The notes under the pieces are model-generated. The model made no database searches, had not been told where the DNA came from, and saw only the letters and a list, made by a program, of their open reading frames with translations. A program made the position numbers and the translations under genes. A stretch of DNA of 64,000 nt from Phoronis australis (lineage: Eukaryota; Animalia; Phoronida): positions 241,572 to 305,571 of the forward strand of contig NMRA01000371.1 in assembly GCA_002633005.1 (NCBI GenBank), given 5' to 3'. This document shows, piece after piece, positions 25,612 to 38,000 of this stretch (the first letter of the stretch is position 1; each line of letters opens with the position of its first letter).

Positions 25612-28480
25612 GCAGGCCATACTGTGTCAATGTTTAGGCTCTGTGTTTGGTAAATATACGGTACTCCACATATAATGTGTGAGACAGTAAATGAGTACTG
25701 ATGTCAACCCTTTACCATTGTGCAAAGTCTGATTGATGTCTTCGGCAAACAAATCTGGTGATGTGGTGTTGTGCGTTTATGGCAGTTGTTGATTTTGAAA
25801 GTTCAATGTGCGGGGAATAAGCGAAGACCAAAATGGTGACAAATAATCCTCTTAGAACCAATTTTCCCTTTAATGTTTCAGTTCTACTCTATGGTATCTC
25901 GGCGTCTCACAATTGTATTTAAAGTCAAATTGAAGGCAGAAATTTTGCTTTCATACTTACTGAAGCATCATTTTAATTCATCTTTCGAGTATAATGCGAG
26001 TGTATTAACAATGATTTCAGCGTATTCAATTATTACACTTTTGCTGTGCTTTGTTTCAGAATGGGCAGATGAACAGCTACCAGCACACAACATTCTACGA
26101 CTTATATATCAAGGCAGGTTTCTTCATGGGAATGTAACACTAGGAGGTATGTAACACTAGGAGGTGTGTAACACTAGGAGGTGTGTAACACTAGGAGGTG
26201 TGTAACACTAGGAGGTGTGTAACACCAGGAGGTGTGTAACACTCAGAGGTGTGTCAAAAATGGCTGCCGCGGTGTCGCTCCGTGTCAATCGTGTTTACAT
26301 ATACACACTTGCACCCAATCAGCTGTTAGGTGTTAGGGGTCAGCTGTCTCTCGTGTAATTGCGACTTTACTGTCCTTCGTGTTAGTCCGCTCCATGGCTG
26401 GTTGTTGTCCCGTGTTCCAGTGTGATGGTGGTACAAACTGCATGCAAGTTGTCACGTGGAGAGAAGGTTTATTGGTGCTGTGCTTGTCAAGTTTAGATCT
26501 AGCGGAGAAAATAAAGCGAAATGAGCCTGATGTTATGGCTAGGTACTGTCCATGCGAAGTGCAATATAACGAAATATGGTTCTGTTTAGAAATTGTTATT
26601 TGTGAGAACGTGGTACTTGCGCAGTGAGTTGTCATACCATTATTTTTAGTTTCTCACCAACTGTTAGATTGTGTGTTGTCTTGAGATGTACATGATGCAG
26701 TTGTGTTATATGGTTGCAGCTTTACAACTGCCAAACGGCAAGACAACAGTGATGCATCTTGTAGCACGAGAGAACCTACCAGAACCTAACAATCAAGGTA
26801 ACTGTTGAATGACTGTTGGTGGTAGTGTGCATTGAATGACTGATGGTGGTAGTGTGTATTGAATGACTGATGTTGGTAGTGTGCATTGAATACTGTTGGT
26901 GGTAGTGTGCATTGAATACTGTTGGTGGTAGTGTGCATTGAATGAGTGTTGGTGGTAGTGTGCATTGAATACTGTTGGTGGTAGTGTGCATTGAATGACT
27001 GATGGTGGTAGTGTGCATTGAATTTTTAACCCTACTTACTTTCTGAACATCTGCTTTGAGTTCATGTCAGTTTTCAAGAGAAAGTTGCTAGCCAAAATTT
27101 GTGTTTGTTCTTGCTAATACAAATGGGTGAATAAGTTATGGAAGCAATTTTTTTTTTATGTTATTTTTTTAAGTTGCCACATGCTATGTAAAATAAAAAA
27201 CTGAAGAATTCACTCCATGACAGTTAGACTGAGTAATGCAAATAGTGACATTTTTAATAATCGTATATTACCTGAAAATTTGTATACCTGTTGTCTTAAT
27301 TCTTTGTTTTGAGGAGAAGTGATTGTTTTATCTGTATGTGTTTATCTTATGAGCATTTATCCTATGGTGAAAGAACAGTTTTGAAGAAAACTCAAAAAAA
27401 AAACAAGTCACAAACTGGCTGAATTTTGCAGTATAGCTTCACAGTTTCAAAAACATGGTTTGCGTTGGAAACATTACGAGAGCTTTGTAAAGATTAGTTA
27501 AACATGAGTTAGAAACAATTTATTAACTTCCTGTTCCAGGGTTATCCTGAACAGTTTGATTTCACGGTATTCTTAAAACATAAATAGTGAGGCGTTTTAC
27601 TGAAGGAGGCAAACAACGTCTCAAACATGTGATCAAGTATTTCAATTCGAAACATATTATTGAGAGTTTAAAAAAAAGAGTCATAAAGTCATCTCTTTTG
27701 ATGGGGTTGTCCAACCGATCCAAAACTGGGTCTCTCCAAGTCAATGGCTGGGAATTGTTCACTTCCTTATGATAGTTGGGGAACTTTGAGGCAAATTTGT
27801 GGGAGCTAATTTGGTTACTTCAACATTTGTGTGAGAGGGGATGAAATTGAAGCCTAGACTTTTTTCATAAATCATCAACGAAAATCCGATATATATATCA
27901 AATTGTCATGAATCTTCTACTGAACACGCATGTATAAATTGTGTTGATCTCAATTTCTTGGAAATTTGGAGCAAAAACAGGTGGTACGCTTACTTTTTGA
28001 GTAGTTCAGTTCTATTATTTGTAAAGACGACTTTTAAACACAATGTAGTGTGTTTTGTTTCCTACGGATAATTATGCTATTTGCATGCTCTGTTCACATT
28101 CTTCTTAAAGAAAATTTCATATATTTCTTTTCCTGAGACGCAGGTGTATTTTTGAATTACCTGATGTTGCGGCTGGAAGTCACGTATTCTAATCTTTGAT
28201 CTCAGAAACTTGTTTCATTCATTAAGATATTGTGTGACTCTTTGTTACTATATTGTGTGGACCTTTGATCTGCCTTCTCTTGAAATAAAACATATACAGA
28301 TAGCTTTAGACTGTTTCTGATAGTGTTACTTGACTATATGTGACAGAGGTGTACGTGTCTACACACCTTTGGTTCCTGTATTCGCAGTGACATTTCTTTG
28401 TCTGTTTTCCTTTTGTAGGACAATTAAAGAAGGACAAGAATGGTGAGCGAGCATGCAGCAACTGCTGTGTGATTGTGTGA
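7004..28480 (+). CDS. UBL3: Ubiquitin-like protein 3 (membrane-anchored ubiquitin fold), complete, 123 aa
   Basis: Exons 7004-7039, 22920-23028, 26060-26146, 26720-26797 and 28419-28480 (372 nt, all GT-AG) give MSSKTKHIPSDKVNLRLILVSGKTKEFLFSPNESAAEISQYVYEHWPEEWADEQLPAHNILRLIYQGRFLHGNVTLGALQLPNGKTTVMHLVARENLPEPNNQGQLKKDKNGERACSNCCVIV*. Diagnostic UBL3/MUB motifs and a C-terminal CCVIV prenylation motif are present. Confidence 0.97.
8959..9048. repeat. About 26-bp tandem repeat, about 3 copies
   Basis: Unit actggtggtagtactagcagtatgac. Confidence 0.85.
12160..12515. repeat. Dispersed repeat family (copies or fragments also at about 17770-17950, 18210-18480, 26250-26360 and, inverted, 37237-37330)
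   Basis: Shared blocks cacccgttt.tgaggtagagcaa.ttg, ttgctccgtgtcagtt, gtgtttacac...cacacttgc.cccaatcagctg, and terminal aaaagtt...tctaaac..gactt. Confidence 0.65.
21287..21367. repeat. 13-bp tandem repeat, about 6 copies
   Basis: Unit aaagtaatgctgc. Confidence 0.85.
23097..24731. mobile_element. Probable non-autonomous DNA transposon in UBL3 intron 2
   Basis: GC/CpG-richer block with GGGGGG..CCCC..AAAATTTGAAAATT subterminal motif and a right end ...GCAGGGGAAACCC resembling hAT-type ends. The left end is degenerate and boundaries are approximate. Confidence 0.35.
24481..24606. repeat. 16-17-bp minisatellite, about 7 copies
   Basis: Unit ttactagcgatcatttt. Confidence 0.9.
25542..25609. repeat. 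(CA)n/(CACG)n microsatellite
   Basis: Direct inspection. Confidence 0.95.
26132..26254. repeat. 17-bp minisatellite starting in UBL3 exon 3 and spanning its donor site, about 7 copies
   Basis: Unit gtaacactaggaggtgt; the first copy overlaps the exon end and GTATGT donor. Confidence 0.95.
26805..27023. repeat. 22-24-bp minisatellite immediately after the UBL3 exon 4 donor, about 9 copies
   Basis: Unit ttgaat(g)actgttggtggtagtgtgca. Confidence 0.95.
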
Positions 28481-30110
28481 GAGGGGGCGCTTCAGTCGCG
28501 GCCAGGCAATGTTCGCGTTCGTCTCCTGTTTGTAACTGTTGCTGTTGTTACACTGATTGACAGAAATGAAAATCTAGACTCAACAATAAGGTTGTCAATT
28601 TTGAGTATGTCATGAACTATGATGGTGGGGCGTATATTGCAGCAACAGTGTGTATAATGAATGTGAGATTGTATGGACATTGGGATCAAACTAATCGGCG
28701 CAAATTCAGCTGCTCATTCATCAAGATTGTGAAATGGCCCTATTATACAAGTGTGTGTGTGTGTGGCTCATGGAATACCTCATTGATAGTCGGACAAAAG
28801 TAACGGGATTTCTATTGTTGCCAGCCGTGCCTCATGTATGCGTGTATTCAGGACGACTATTGTAACATGGTCATGCGGCGGAAGCACTAACTACAGACGG
28901 GCAGCCAAATACCCGTATGCTATATGCGAGTTTGTGGAGCGAAGTTGGGAGTATTTATTGTGTATTTTCCCGGTCGGTTTTATGACAGGCAGGCAGAGAA
29001 GCACTGTCATGTGTCTGTGGACTGAATGCAGTGTGTCCAAAACTGACCTGCAGTACATCATACATACTCATCTTAGTCCCAAAGCCATGGACCTTTTTAC
29101 AGTTAGAGAGTTGTGGCACTTATGTTATTCGCCATCTGTTGGCTGGAAATGTAGGTGTATCTGCTGTGGTTTCATTGGTTGGTCATATTCAGCTTGGCTG
29201 ACGGGTGTCCCACAATCCATTGCTGATATCCCACAAGTCTCTAACTGTAGAAATGTCTGTGTATAGTGAGCTGGGTCACTTTATATGTATGAGAAATTTC
29301 TTGTGTGGTGAGAAGCTATTCGATGTCACTGCAGTTAATAAAGGTTGTCAAATTGTGGGGTGGTAACACTTGAATGGAGAATAATGAAATCCTGAATTGT
29401 GCGATTGTGTCAAGCTTAACAAAGTTGACATCATTTTGTAGTTCACTTGTTCAATTTTGATGAAAGCGTTTGATTGGGAACTGGCAAAATCTAAATATGT
29501 TGACTATAGATTGGGTTAAGTGGAAACCATGGTGAATTTTCGTTGATGAGTTTTGGTACTGTCTTATACATTTGCTAATGAAATGGCACGATTTATAAAT
29601 TTTAAGCTTTTGATGATAAGGCTAGATATCTGGCTTGTCAGTCGGCTCAGATTTTTTAATTTGTTATCTGGTCAGGTTTTAATTTTTGGGTTTTTTGTGC
29701 AGTTGGTGTTGAAACACATATGCCATTGTTTTAATCATTTTGTGTTGATTCTCTGTGGTTTGTACACATAGCATGATTGTACACATAGTATGTTTGTAAA
29801 TTGTTTTGAAACTTACATTTTAAGTGACCATCCTTCAGTTAAAGGTGAATTTAACGGATATCTGTAAGTTCTACACGCTTGGATCATCTGTATCTTTCAT
29901 TTTACGAACTCGGAACTGACGACTACTTTCGTAAGTGTTTTTCTGACAGGTTGGAGGGACAATTCAGTTGCCGATCTTCTGCTCTTTCTCGGCACCTAAA
30001 TCTGTCGACCAGGCTTTGTAAGCCATTATGGGCTTGGCTATTCACTGATCCACAGGGGATAATATAGCAATTTATCTTCTCATTCAGGACCATAAACATT
30101 TTATTAAGCT

Positions 30111-30290
30111 GTGTTTACTTACACAGGTCAACTGGGACAATTGTATGACTAGGATCAGGTTCACAAATAATTGCATGTCAACTTATAAAGGCCTATTGTT
30201 TGTGAATGGCAATCATGGTTTACAACCCTCAGCAAAATTCTATGCCACTATGCTCTCTACTTTTTCCCTTCAAGCGCAAAATGCCAGGAT
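30111..30290. repeat. Dispersed repeat, paired with 53984-54210
   Basis: Both copies read gtgtttacttacacag..caactgggaca.ttgtat.acta.g...ggttcacaaa...aaaggcct.ttgt.tgtgaa...tacaacc.tcagcaaaa.tct..gccactatg...caagc.caaaatg. Confidence 0.75.
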
Positions 30291-33200
30291 GTTATTTTCA
30301 CAGTAGTTCTATCCAGACCTCTAAATCCATGGATAGGACTTTGCAAACACTAAGTCATTAAGCTGTACAATTTTAGACTCGATACACTCATGGAAACGGA
30401 GGATCACCAAGTTTCTGTGAGACATGGCCTTGCATTACAAGCAAAGCAGGTGATCACACTAGCTATACTCTGGAGTTTTCTTGCGTCTGCGTAACGTAGC
30501 CCTGCGTAACGTAGCCCTGCGTCTTGTGTAAGTTAGGAGCAGAAAATAATGAAACCGGAAACTGGATTGGTTCTCCTGTGTGCGGCCAGTAAGACTATTA
30601 TTTCTCATTTGAAAAACTGTATCTCTGAAGGAAGCACCGAGTGTGCAAGATTCTGTTTCTCAGTTGTCAACTGCAGACTTACATGAAATGTCAGTGGTTC
30701 GAGTTATTTACTTTTCTTGGGATGATGGAAGTTGAATCCTGAAAGAACCATGATGGTGGCATCATCTCCAAGATGGCTGTTGATCTAAACTGTTGAAGGA
30801 AATTTGAAAAAGTCAACAATTCATTTATGGAGAAAGAGATTCGTGTTAAGATTTAAGCAGCTTTAAAAGAGACACACTTGGGTTATAGGGCGAAAATCTT
30901 GTATTTGGGGATTGTTGTTGGATGGGATAGATTTTTTGAGGTCATTGGCTTTGGTTGTAACCAGAATGTAAAGCTTCAAAATCCATTGTTTTTGTGATTC
31001 TATCACAAAGCACCGATTCTCACTCATAGCTTCCAGATATTTGTTGAAATTAATTGATATTAAGGCCAGTATCTTCATCAGTCAGATATGATTAAAGTAT
31101 TTCGACTACTTGTCAAAAGGGTTTTAATGAAGCTAGCAAAACGAACTGTTATCACTGAAGTCATGAGTTTTAATCCGTCTTGGAGGTGGCTTCAAATCAA
31201 GTATGCTCACTGAGTGTGTCTCGTAGTTGTCTTATTTGTGAACATCACGTTTTAAGAAATGGGTTTCTGTGGTAGTACATTTTATTCATTTTCAAGCAAG
31301 TTTGCAGATTTTTTGCCGACTTAAAACAAAAGACAGGCTGCTGTAAAGTCCCAATTTCTCGTTTTCAGTTTAAAGTGAATTCCACTGTTATGCATGTGTG
31401 CACAACATGACGCAGTAATATGGAGAGGGATTGTGTGCTCAATACGACGTAGTAGTATGATTTTGAGTGCTGAATACAATATTGTTATCATGTTGAAGGC
31501 TAATATTTCAGATGTTATTTGATTATGTACAAGTGTTATGACCGACATCATGAGCATGTTGTAACATATTTTATGTGTGCAGTGGTAATACAGCAGCTTG
31601 CCCTTTGGCTGCTGCAGTCTGTCCATTGTTCATTTACTTCAGTGGAATAGCCATGAAAGGGACATTGTCAGTTTCACGGACAAAAATCCAAAATGCATTT
31701 TTAGGATCATTGTTGCGTGGGAGAGATGTCTTGAAATTTGACCAGATCTTTGAAACAACAAAACCTGTTGTATGGGGGATTTTATGACAAATCACCAATC
31801 AGCCATCTGTTGAAATCAAGGCTGGTGACTTTACCTGTTAAGTACACCTAAAAAGTCTGCCATTTATCGACTGGGATTTAACTCCAACATAAGTTTTAGG
31901 CCGTGACCACAATGTTTCCTGGTCTGATTTTGCTCTGGGGCTGATCTCAGAAATCACTTTTCTGGTAGATGTCCATTTAATCGGAATAATTAAGAAAATG
32001 ATTTGTTCAAACTATAGTTCAGGGCAGATATTTTAATGAACAGAGCCACACAGGATTCAAATTGTACTTAAGATTTTGTTATAGATTTAACTTATTAACT
32101 GTATGCGGAAGAATAAATTACCATTGTATCACGTTCTCCTTGAGCAGCACACTCCTCACCACATTCCCCCTTCTGTCTGTCTGTCTGTTTTGTCGTTTAT
32201 AAAGATAACCACATACCACTAATCTGAAAGCTATCGTTTTTTATTTGAAAAATGCATTCGTCTTGGAAAGACCTTTTTCTCTGTTAATTAAGAGGCACTA
32301 TTCCCTTGGCCTGTTTGTACCATCCATGGAGCAATAGAAAATGACGCCAACACTGAACAGCCCAGCAAAAGGCTGGGATTTTAGTTCTGCTCTGAATTCT
32401 ATTCAGCAACCACACATGACCAGTAACAGTGTTCAGTAATAAGTAAACATTGTGTCTGTTCTATGGAAATGAATGCAGAGCGGAGATGTGGGCCTTTTCT
32501 GGGCTCTTCATGTCACTTCTTGGTGTTACATGGTTAGCAAATAGACACGGAACAGTAACTAACTTGCAAAAATATATTTCTGAGAATATTATACCAAATG
32601 GGACATCAAAAACGGCTGTGTTCCTTCTTGAAACTCTGGCAAGCCTGTTGTCGACATGTTCAACCCACAACTGCGAAGATGTCCCTGGCTATTGTAACAT
32701 TCATGTTCAAACTTTTCTGTCTTACTTCAGTAAACAATATTGGTGAGTATTGGATAGCATGGTAGGTCAGGTTTATAAGGAGGGATCTACATTCAATTGC
32801 AATTTCCCCTTAGGGCTGGGCCCTTAGGTTTGCAAAAGCATTTGGTACAATGTATTTCGTTCAAATACAATTGAACCAAATGTTATTCCTTGTTTGCAAT
32901 GTTCCTGTGTTCTGGGTATTTGGTGAGAATTGTGTTGCCATGGATCTTCTCATTTGATGTATAAATATTTTGTATATTGTTTGTCATATCCATTTAGAAA
33001 GTTAGACGTCCTGTACTACAGTTAGTCCAGCATGAAAATACATTTTGTCAAATCTTGAAACTATTTTGCTGGTTTTGTGTTGGTCACTTACTACTGAACT
33101 GGCATACCACACAAAATAGTACGCGTTTTAGTGACAAAATTGCGCTGAGGACTCCTGCCACCCCACACAGCACAGAGGTACATTTTCATCCCAAAAGTAT

Positions 33201-34334
33201 GGTTGGATCAAAGTTTACATAACAAAATATTCAAATCTATTGTAAACTGAATCCACTCATGAACAACCTGACCTGCACAAGTCACTAACTTGTGGGTCTC
33301 CAAACTAAGCAGAAATGTGCTACAAAATCATCTTGTTACATCGGGATTACACTCTGCAGACACGCCAACTTCACAGGTAAAGGTCATGTGATGACGTTTC
33401 ACTTGCACTGTATGGCATCGTGACAAAATCTTGGGGTCTTCTCAAGTGTCTTCCATCTACTGAAAGCAGACCTGGTTTAGCACCTTGCACGTAGAAAAAC
33501 GGAACGAGATCTCACAACCTTTGAACCAATTCCCACTGTGCTGTAATAGGTTACCGTGGCGCCAAGCCAGGGAAAAGGTACAAAAATTCACCTTGTTCTT
33601 ACCTCACAAAATGTCTTACTGGTAATGCAAGGACAAAGTAGTCTTCACTTCAATACACTTCAGATATGCAACACATTTCACTTGTCCTGATGTGAATAAA
33701 AGAAATTTACTTTTACAGACGAAGGCTTCGAGGAAACACTTAGAATTCAGTGAATAGCATTTTACTGTTCGGGGTAGTGAAGTTGGAAGATTCCTAAATG
33801 CGACACTTGTGACAATTCCCTTTTATTATTAAACGTGGAACTTGTGACAACCGCCTTTTATTATTTGGGGAATTTTTTCACATACTTAAGGGGATACATT
33901 TTGATAAACATAACAACTAACAGATACATGCAGAGCTAAACTATGGTACAAGGAATGAGCATAATTTTTCTAACTACCTCAGAAAGAAGTTTGCCACCAC
34001 CAGACAAACTTGCATACTGTGCAGTTGGCTTGGATTCCGCAGAATGGACAATTTACATGCAGGCAAGTCTTAACAAGAGCAGTGAGGAGTGTTGAAATGC
34101 GCCCAGGAATGCTTCTAGGGGTGTTTGCTTGTATCACGAAAATGGCCACTAGATGGCGCATAATACGTCAACTCTATCCATAAAGGGAACATAGTTTTTT
34201 AATTGAAAGCTATTGAACAAATTTCATAAAAATCTGTAAAACGAACTTCAGACATGACAGCAATATGCACCCACATATAAATGTGGGTGCATAAAAACCA
34301 GGCATGTTGCAAGCCAGTTTGTACTTCAACCACT

Positions 34335-34530
34335 GGCCCTGCACTGCCGTGTTACAGGGAGTACAAGGGGTCCTGCCCCATCATGTTACAGGGAGTACAA
34401 GGGGTCCTGCCCCGTCGTGGTACAGGGAGTACAAAGGGTCCGCCCTTTCGTGGTACAGGGAGTACGAAGGGTCCTGCCCTGACGGGGTTCAGGAAGTACA
34501 AAGGGTCCTGCACTGTCGTGTTACAGGGGG
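34335..34530. repeat. About 34-bp GC-rich minisatellite, 5-6 diverged copies
   Basis: Core gttacagggagtacaaggggtcctgccc. Confidence 0.9.
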
Positions 34531-35078
34531 TATAAAGGACCCTTTACAACTCACTATATCCACTCCACACATGCTACAAAGCAACAAAACAACACGTTAG
34601 TTCGATTGGACTTATTTTTATTCACGAGCAGAGCAACTGACCTGCTTTTACACAACTGTAATTTATACAATCAAACCTAGGTATTCTGTTGTGCAAATCC
34701 CGATAAATATTAACGAAAGTGACTAAAATTATAGTAGAGATAAAAATCACTCGCAACAACACACCAGGTTAATTAAGTTTTAATCTCAACAATATTGACT
34801 TGATGTGTACACCTCGACAACAGGATAAATGCAGCTAGTGGTAATACAAACAACAGCTAACAGTCCACAACACTGAGTAAAAGATTTTATAGAAAATCTG
34901 ACATACACTATATTACATCCTTTATACACTATATATATAGAGAATGCCATGTGACTATTGCATTACCCACAGGAAATCTATTAACTGCATCAATCTTGAT
35001 ACAACAGTTCTCGAAAACCTTAAGTCGATCCACCTATACACACAACTATTGAGGGTTTTGGTCTGTGCAGGGGTCCAT

Positions 35079-38000
35079 TTAGATCTGTGTTGATGAAGCA
35101 TCCTTTAGTTCGTATGTCTCACCCTCGCTGGTCCCAGCTGGCATCGAGGTCTGCCTCTGGGCCTGCTTCTGCCAGTGTGGTGTCTCCTGATCCATACGCT
35201 GGATGCGTGACTGGCACATCAGCCCGTAGAACAACACGAACAGCACGACACACAAAGAGATGCCAAACCCGAGACCAACGGCCAGACCAACATCAAGACC
35301 TATCTGGTACTCTGGTGTTCGACCGTTGCGGGTACTGGCGGAACCACCGACCCACATGTACTCAAACACGAATGAGTACCCTCCGGTTGCTGCAATAAAC
35401 ATTGATAATTATGAATACAAATATAAATATTAAGTAAATATTAAGTAAATATTAAGTAAATATAGCTGACAAGTTATGGTTCCCCATTCATTTGCCTGCA
35501 AAAGTTAACTGCCGTTTTCACGCAACACAGCATTCATTTACAGTAAGTTGCAAAATGCCTAATGATAGAAAATCAGCTTTTGCAAAGTATAGTGAGCTAA
35601 CTACTTAAACATAATGTATCCGAGACGGACTACAAAAGTACAATAACAATTGTTAAATGCAAAACATTTGTTGCCCATATTTTGTCTACGTATCATAGCC
35701 CAATATATGCCATTAACAAGGGATGAACTTTGACCAGCAATATAAACACTTCTCCATTTATAACCATAGAAGACTAAATGTTAAACCTCGTAGAACCATG
35801 GTAATTGCAAATCAGAGGGTCGCACATTCCAAGAATCACAACTGTTTTAAGGACAGCACACACGTCATGCCAAAGGTAGTTCAGTTATGTCACTCACAGG
35901 CACAGACAGGGGAAGAAAGCACAGCCAGACTTAATAACACAAACACAAAAATGTACAATGGTTGAAAGATAGCGTAAAGGTGTCTATAAACCTGTTTCCA
36001 GTCAAAGAAACCAACTTTTGACCAAACAGGACTTACTTAACAATAAAACTGGTCACAACTTGTTCCTTACTCAATAGACAAGTTATCTGTGAGCTTGGGA
36101 AAGAACTTGACAGTGCAAGTGTGGAAAATGACACACCACAACAAAAGAGTTTATAGACACTGGTCTGAAGAAACACAAATTGTCAAGCTCTTTCCAAGCC
36201 CAGAAATCCCCCACAATTTGACTAAGGGACAGTTTGAAATCATTTTCACAATGGCAAGTCAAGGTCCAAATCAAGTCAGTCTTTGTGACAGAAGACTGGA
36301 ACATAGCAGCTTTACAACAGGAGACGGTAAGCACAGCATGAAGCACCCTTCAGAACATCAAATCTCAGAAATGGCTCATTGGATTCAAACAAAACTTTCA
36401 GATACTACGTTTTACACATTGATGTCCAAAATACTGTTAGAAAATGCTCTACATTTGAATGAGGGGCTATCAAACAAGATATCTATGATTTTCAAAAAAA
36501 ACTGTTAACGTGCAGTTGCATGAAATGAAAACAAAATACTTTAAATGTTTTTGAGATTTTACCTTGAACCTTTATATCAAAAAACAGTTCATGCTATTGA
36601 TACCATTGTTTTTCTATTAATGTACCTCTTTTTTGCAAAAAGTTCACTAAAAAGACATGGTCACATGACCCAGTTAATGGCACATTAGTAGAAAGTCAAA
36701 AATCGAACTCTACAGACTTTTTACTTTCAGAAAATAAATATGTTTACACAAGTTAAAATCTATCACATTGTAGGTAATTTGCAAACCATGCATACTTCTG
36801 TACAAGGTCGTACATAAAACAATAAATGCGGCTCAATAAACCAGAATTCTCTCCAAGAAGATAACACCTGATTTGGACCACTTACCTTCAAAAAATTGGT
36901 CTCAGCTTCTTTCTTACTTGTCCGAGATGCAATTTCAGGGTTTGCAAATAATTGAGAAACCCACTGGTGGAGCCTGGTCTCAAGCAATAACTATCTGTCA
37001 ATTTTTTGGAAGACTTGCAATCACCTCGAATTTGACTAAGTTAGAAACAACTTCAGACCAATTTCATAACAGTAAGTGGTCTAAAAAAATTTGGTTTGTA
37101 AAGTCCTATCTAGATGTCATATAAAGTCGCCTCTAGATGTCACCTAAAGACGCCTCTAGATGTCATTTAAAGTCGCCTCTAGATGTCACCTAAAGACGCC
37201 TCTAGATGTCATTTAAAGACGCCTCTAGATGTCACCTAAAGTCGCCTCTAGATGTCATCTTTTGACACGGTGCAACTGACACACGATGATTGTCGCCAAG
37301 CGGCCGTTTACACACACACACACAACTCAGAAAAGGTGGCAAGGTGGAAGTTGTAGGCAGGAATGAAGAGTGCTCGTGCCTATTGCTCAGATTAGAAACA
37401 CATATGAATTGGGAAAAACAAGAGTGACACTAAATGACGACAAATAACACAGGGATCTCAGCACAGCTCGTCTGTGCTTTTCAAGAAAACTGACATTTGT
37501 TAAAAGTAATTTTTGAAACGAGAACGCTGACTGTAATTTACTAAAAACAGGAAACTGGTTATTCTCAATGCTATAACTTATTAATTTAAAATGTGTCATT
37601 ATGGAACTGGGAAGAGCAGGTATTTTGTGGTATGTTTTTAATACTTTTCTACAACAATTTTAGTGATACATTAAACAAAATGTTTTAACTAAATATGCCA
37701 TGTATTTTGAGCATAAGATACCGATAAAACAAAAAGTCAACAACCCCAGGGAAACATTTAAATTAAGAAATGTATGAAAGCACAAGTCTACAGGAAAGCG
37801 TACGAAAGGCTACTAGACAAAAGCGACAGTCATGCACAAGCAGGAAAGCCATGCCAGAGAGAGGGACACCAACTTACATATATCAGTAGCATGATTTTCT
37901 GGAACTACAAATCAAATGTTGAATTAACTTGGGCTAAAAATGGCCAACAGGGAGGCTGGTTTTCAAATGCTAAAAAATGAATATATATCAAAAAATGAAA

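Noticed and set aside
28838-29266. 142-aa ORF downstream of UBL3
   Set aside because: No motifs and no convincing exon structure; it lies in the probable 3'UTR.
36886-36994. Extra exon of the TM gene (strong GTAAGT donor on the minus strand)
   Set aside because: From the nearest plausible acceptor all three frames contain a stop.
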